A stretch of DNA of 64,000 bases, from NCBI GenBank assembly GCA_965112635.1, contig OZ218778.1:224001-288000 (forward strand), in the 5' to 3' direction. A program made the translations under genes and the position numbers. Positions 62,515 through 64,000 of this stretch are shown in pieces (the first letter of the stretch is position 1; every line of letters begins with the position of its first letter). This DNA is from an uncultured bacterium (lineage in GTDB: Bacteria > Oederibacteriota > Oederibacteriia > Oederibacteriales > Oederibacteriaceae). The notes under the pieces are model-generated. The model was given only the letters and a program-made list of their open reading frames with translations, was not told where the DNA came from and ran no database searches.

Positions 62515-64000
62515 GAACTCCTCCTTGTAGGATCAAAATTCTTTCCGCAGTTTCCGTGCCGCAAACTTCTCCCGGTGCCGGCTGCGGCCTGACTGCGCTG
62601 AGATCCGGTAAAGCTAAATAAAACCGGGAACCCTTGTCTTTGCCCTTGCTCTCGCACCACAACCGGCCTTTCTGCATATCCGCTATTTTCTTGGAAAGCG
62701 CCAGGCCCAGCCCCGTGCCTCCATACTGGCGGTTGAGGCCGCCCTGGACCTGTTCAAATTCATTAAATATCCTGAGCTTGTCTTTTTCTTCGATACCGAT
62801 GCCCGTATCCTCAACGCAGATGCTTATCTCCCCGTTGTTTCCGCCCGCGGTCAGGCGGATCTCCCCGCCTTCCGGGGTGAATTTGACCGCGTTGGAGAGC
62901 AGGTTATTGACCACCTGCTTTATCATGCGTTCATCCGCATAAACAACGCCCGCTTCCCTGGCCACCTGCAAAGAAACTTTGATCCTCTTTTTCTGGATCT
63001 TATCCGTCACCATCATCAGACTGGACTCCAGGAGCTTTCTGAGATCCACCTCGCTCGCCTCCGAGGTCACTTTGCCGGTCTCTATCTTGTTCAGGTCCAG
63101 AATATCGTTGATCAGGGAAAGCAGATGCTTGCCGCTATCGTAGATATTTAGGGCATACTCGGACTGCTTAGCGGTCAGCGGCCCGACATCGCCCGACTTC
63201 ATCATGTCCGAAAACCCGATGATGGCATTAAGGGGAGTTCGTAATTCATGGGACATCGTGGCCAGGAAAGCCGACTTGGCCCGGTTGGCGGATTCGGCCG
63301 TTTCACGGCCCAGATTGGCCTCTTCAATTTTTTTGCTCAAGGTGATATCCCTGACCGTGGCCTGCAGGAATTGCTTACCCTCCAGTTCCATGCGGGTCAG
63401 AAGTACGGTAGCGGGGAAATCCTCGCCGTTTATCCGTTTGTGTGTCCACTCAAATAGGTTATTTCCCTCCCGCATCGCTTTTTCGATCATTTCCTTGGCC
63501 TTTTCGCCGGATGGCCGGCCGTCCGGCTGTTTTTCCGGGGATAACTTACCCGGTCTGTAGGAATTAAAATCCTTTGAGTCCTTTGCTCCGAACATCCTGA
63601 CCGTTTCCGGATTTCCTGAGGTGAAATTCCAGTCAGGCGGCTTCAGGGTCATCAGGGCGTCGCTGGAATATTCAAATAGATAACGGTATCTTTCTTCGCT
63701 TTTTCTCAGGGATTCTTCCATGGTTCGGCGGGAGGTGGCGTCACGGAATATCCCCATCATATACTGCTTGCCTTCCAGTTCGATTTGGTGGGAACTGATA
63801 TCCGCGTAAATAAGGGAGCCATCCTTTCGTTTAAAAGGCACATCTGTTTCCATCAAAACCTGGTTTTTGGGGCCTTTATCAAATCTTTCCGCGGCACTCC
63901 CAAAAGCCTGGGGAGGATGGATATCCCTGACGCCCATGCGAGTCAATTCCTCATGCCCGTAGGCCAGGAGTTGGCCCATGCTCTGGTTCGCGTCAAATAT
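62474..64000 (-). CDS. Multi-PAS sensor histidine kinase (5'-partial)
   Basis: Two PAS domains, SHELRTPLNAIIGF, NAVKFT and GTGLGL motifs. The frame is open to the window end. Confidence 0.92.
   Translation of the reverse strand: MFDANQSMGQLLAYGHEELTRMGVRDIHPPQAFGSAAERFDKGPKNQVLMETDVPFKRKDGSLIYADISSHQIELEGKQYMMGIFRDATSRRTMEESLRKSEERYRYLFEYSSDALMTLKPPDWNFTSGNPETVRMFGAKDSKDFNSYRPGKLSPEKQPDGRPSGEKAKEMIEKAMREGNNLFEWTHKRINGEDFPATVLLTRMELEGKQFLQATVRDITLSKKIEEANLGRETAESANRAKSAFLATMSHELRTPLNAIIGFSDMMKSGDVGPLTAKQSEYALNIYDSGKHLLSLINDILDLNKIETGKVTSEASEVDLRKLLESSLMMVTDKIQKKRIKVSLQVAREAGVVYADERMIKQVVNNLLSNAVKFTPEGGEIRLTAGGNNGEISICVEDTGIGIEEKDKLRIFNEFEQVQGGLNRQYGGTGLGLALSKKIADMQKGRLWCESKGKDKGSRFYLALPDLSAVRPQPAPGEVCGTETAERILILQGGVHVHAKQNSIDGRG

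Noticed and set aside
62119-62520. Kinase and receiver as a frameshifted hybrid protein
   Set aside because: The receiver has its own strong SD (AAGGAGG) and ATG, so a simple gene overlap explains it.

Overview
Chromosomal window from an anaerobic, diderm, fermentative bacterium of moderate-to-high GC. The Ser/Thr-rich secreted proteins with FlgD/T9SS-like C-termini suggest an FCPU426/Goldbacteria-like candidate lineage (inference only). In order, it contains: two large secreted S/T-rich surface proteins; an alpha/beta hydrolase, GH4 glycosidase, SixA, SDR and PHP hydrolase; PFOR (nifJ); hypF, a maturation protease and a group 3b [NiFe] hydrogenase operon with an embedded cNMP-binding protein; a GC-rich GT4/GH130 pair and a Phd/RelE toxin-antitoxin module; hypCDE; a NikR-associated nickel import cluster (beta-barrel, nikR, TonB-dependent receptor, ExbBD, TonB, NikMNQO) with a clear operator over its promoter; arsC/acr3; a hybrid kinase; a GH2 beta-galactosidase; three URO-D-like proteins; a Zn/Mn-type uptake operon; a TetR-TolC-HlyD-ABC efflux operon; an HTH plus degenerate Fic/Doc pair; a DEAD-box helicase; xylB; and a PAS kinase/receiver pair. 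The best candidate for an undescribed system is at 45.0-49.1 kb. There, a probably leaderless DUF2946/CruR-like uORF (TM, HxH, CxxC, C-terminal KAPP) precedes the metal uptake genes. An unannotated 23-aa Lys/Cys-rich microprotein (MAKKTKKAKKCPGCGKVHKGKCC), with its own -10 box, RBS and terminator, precedes a CDF-like transporter. Three single-base frameshifts are most likely sequencing errors. No rRNA, tRNA, CRISPR array or transposase was found.
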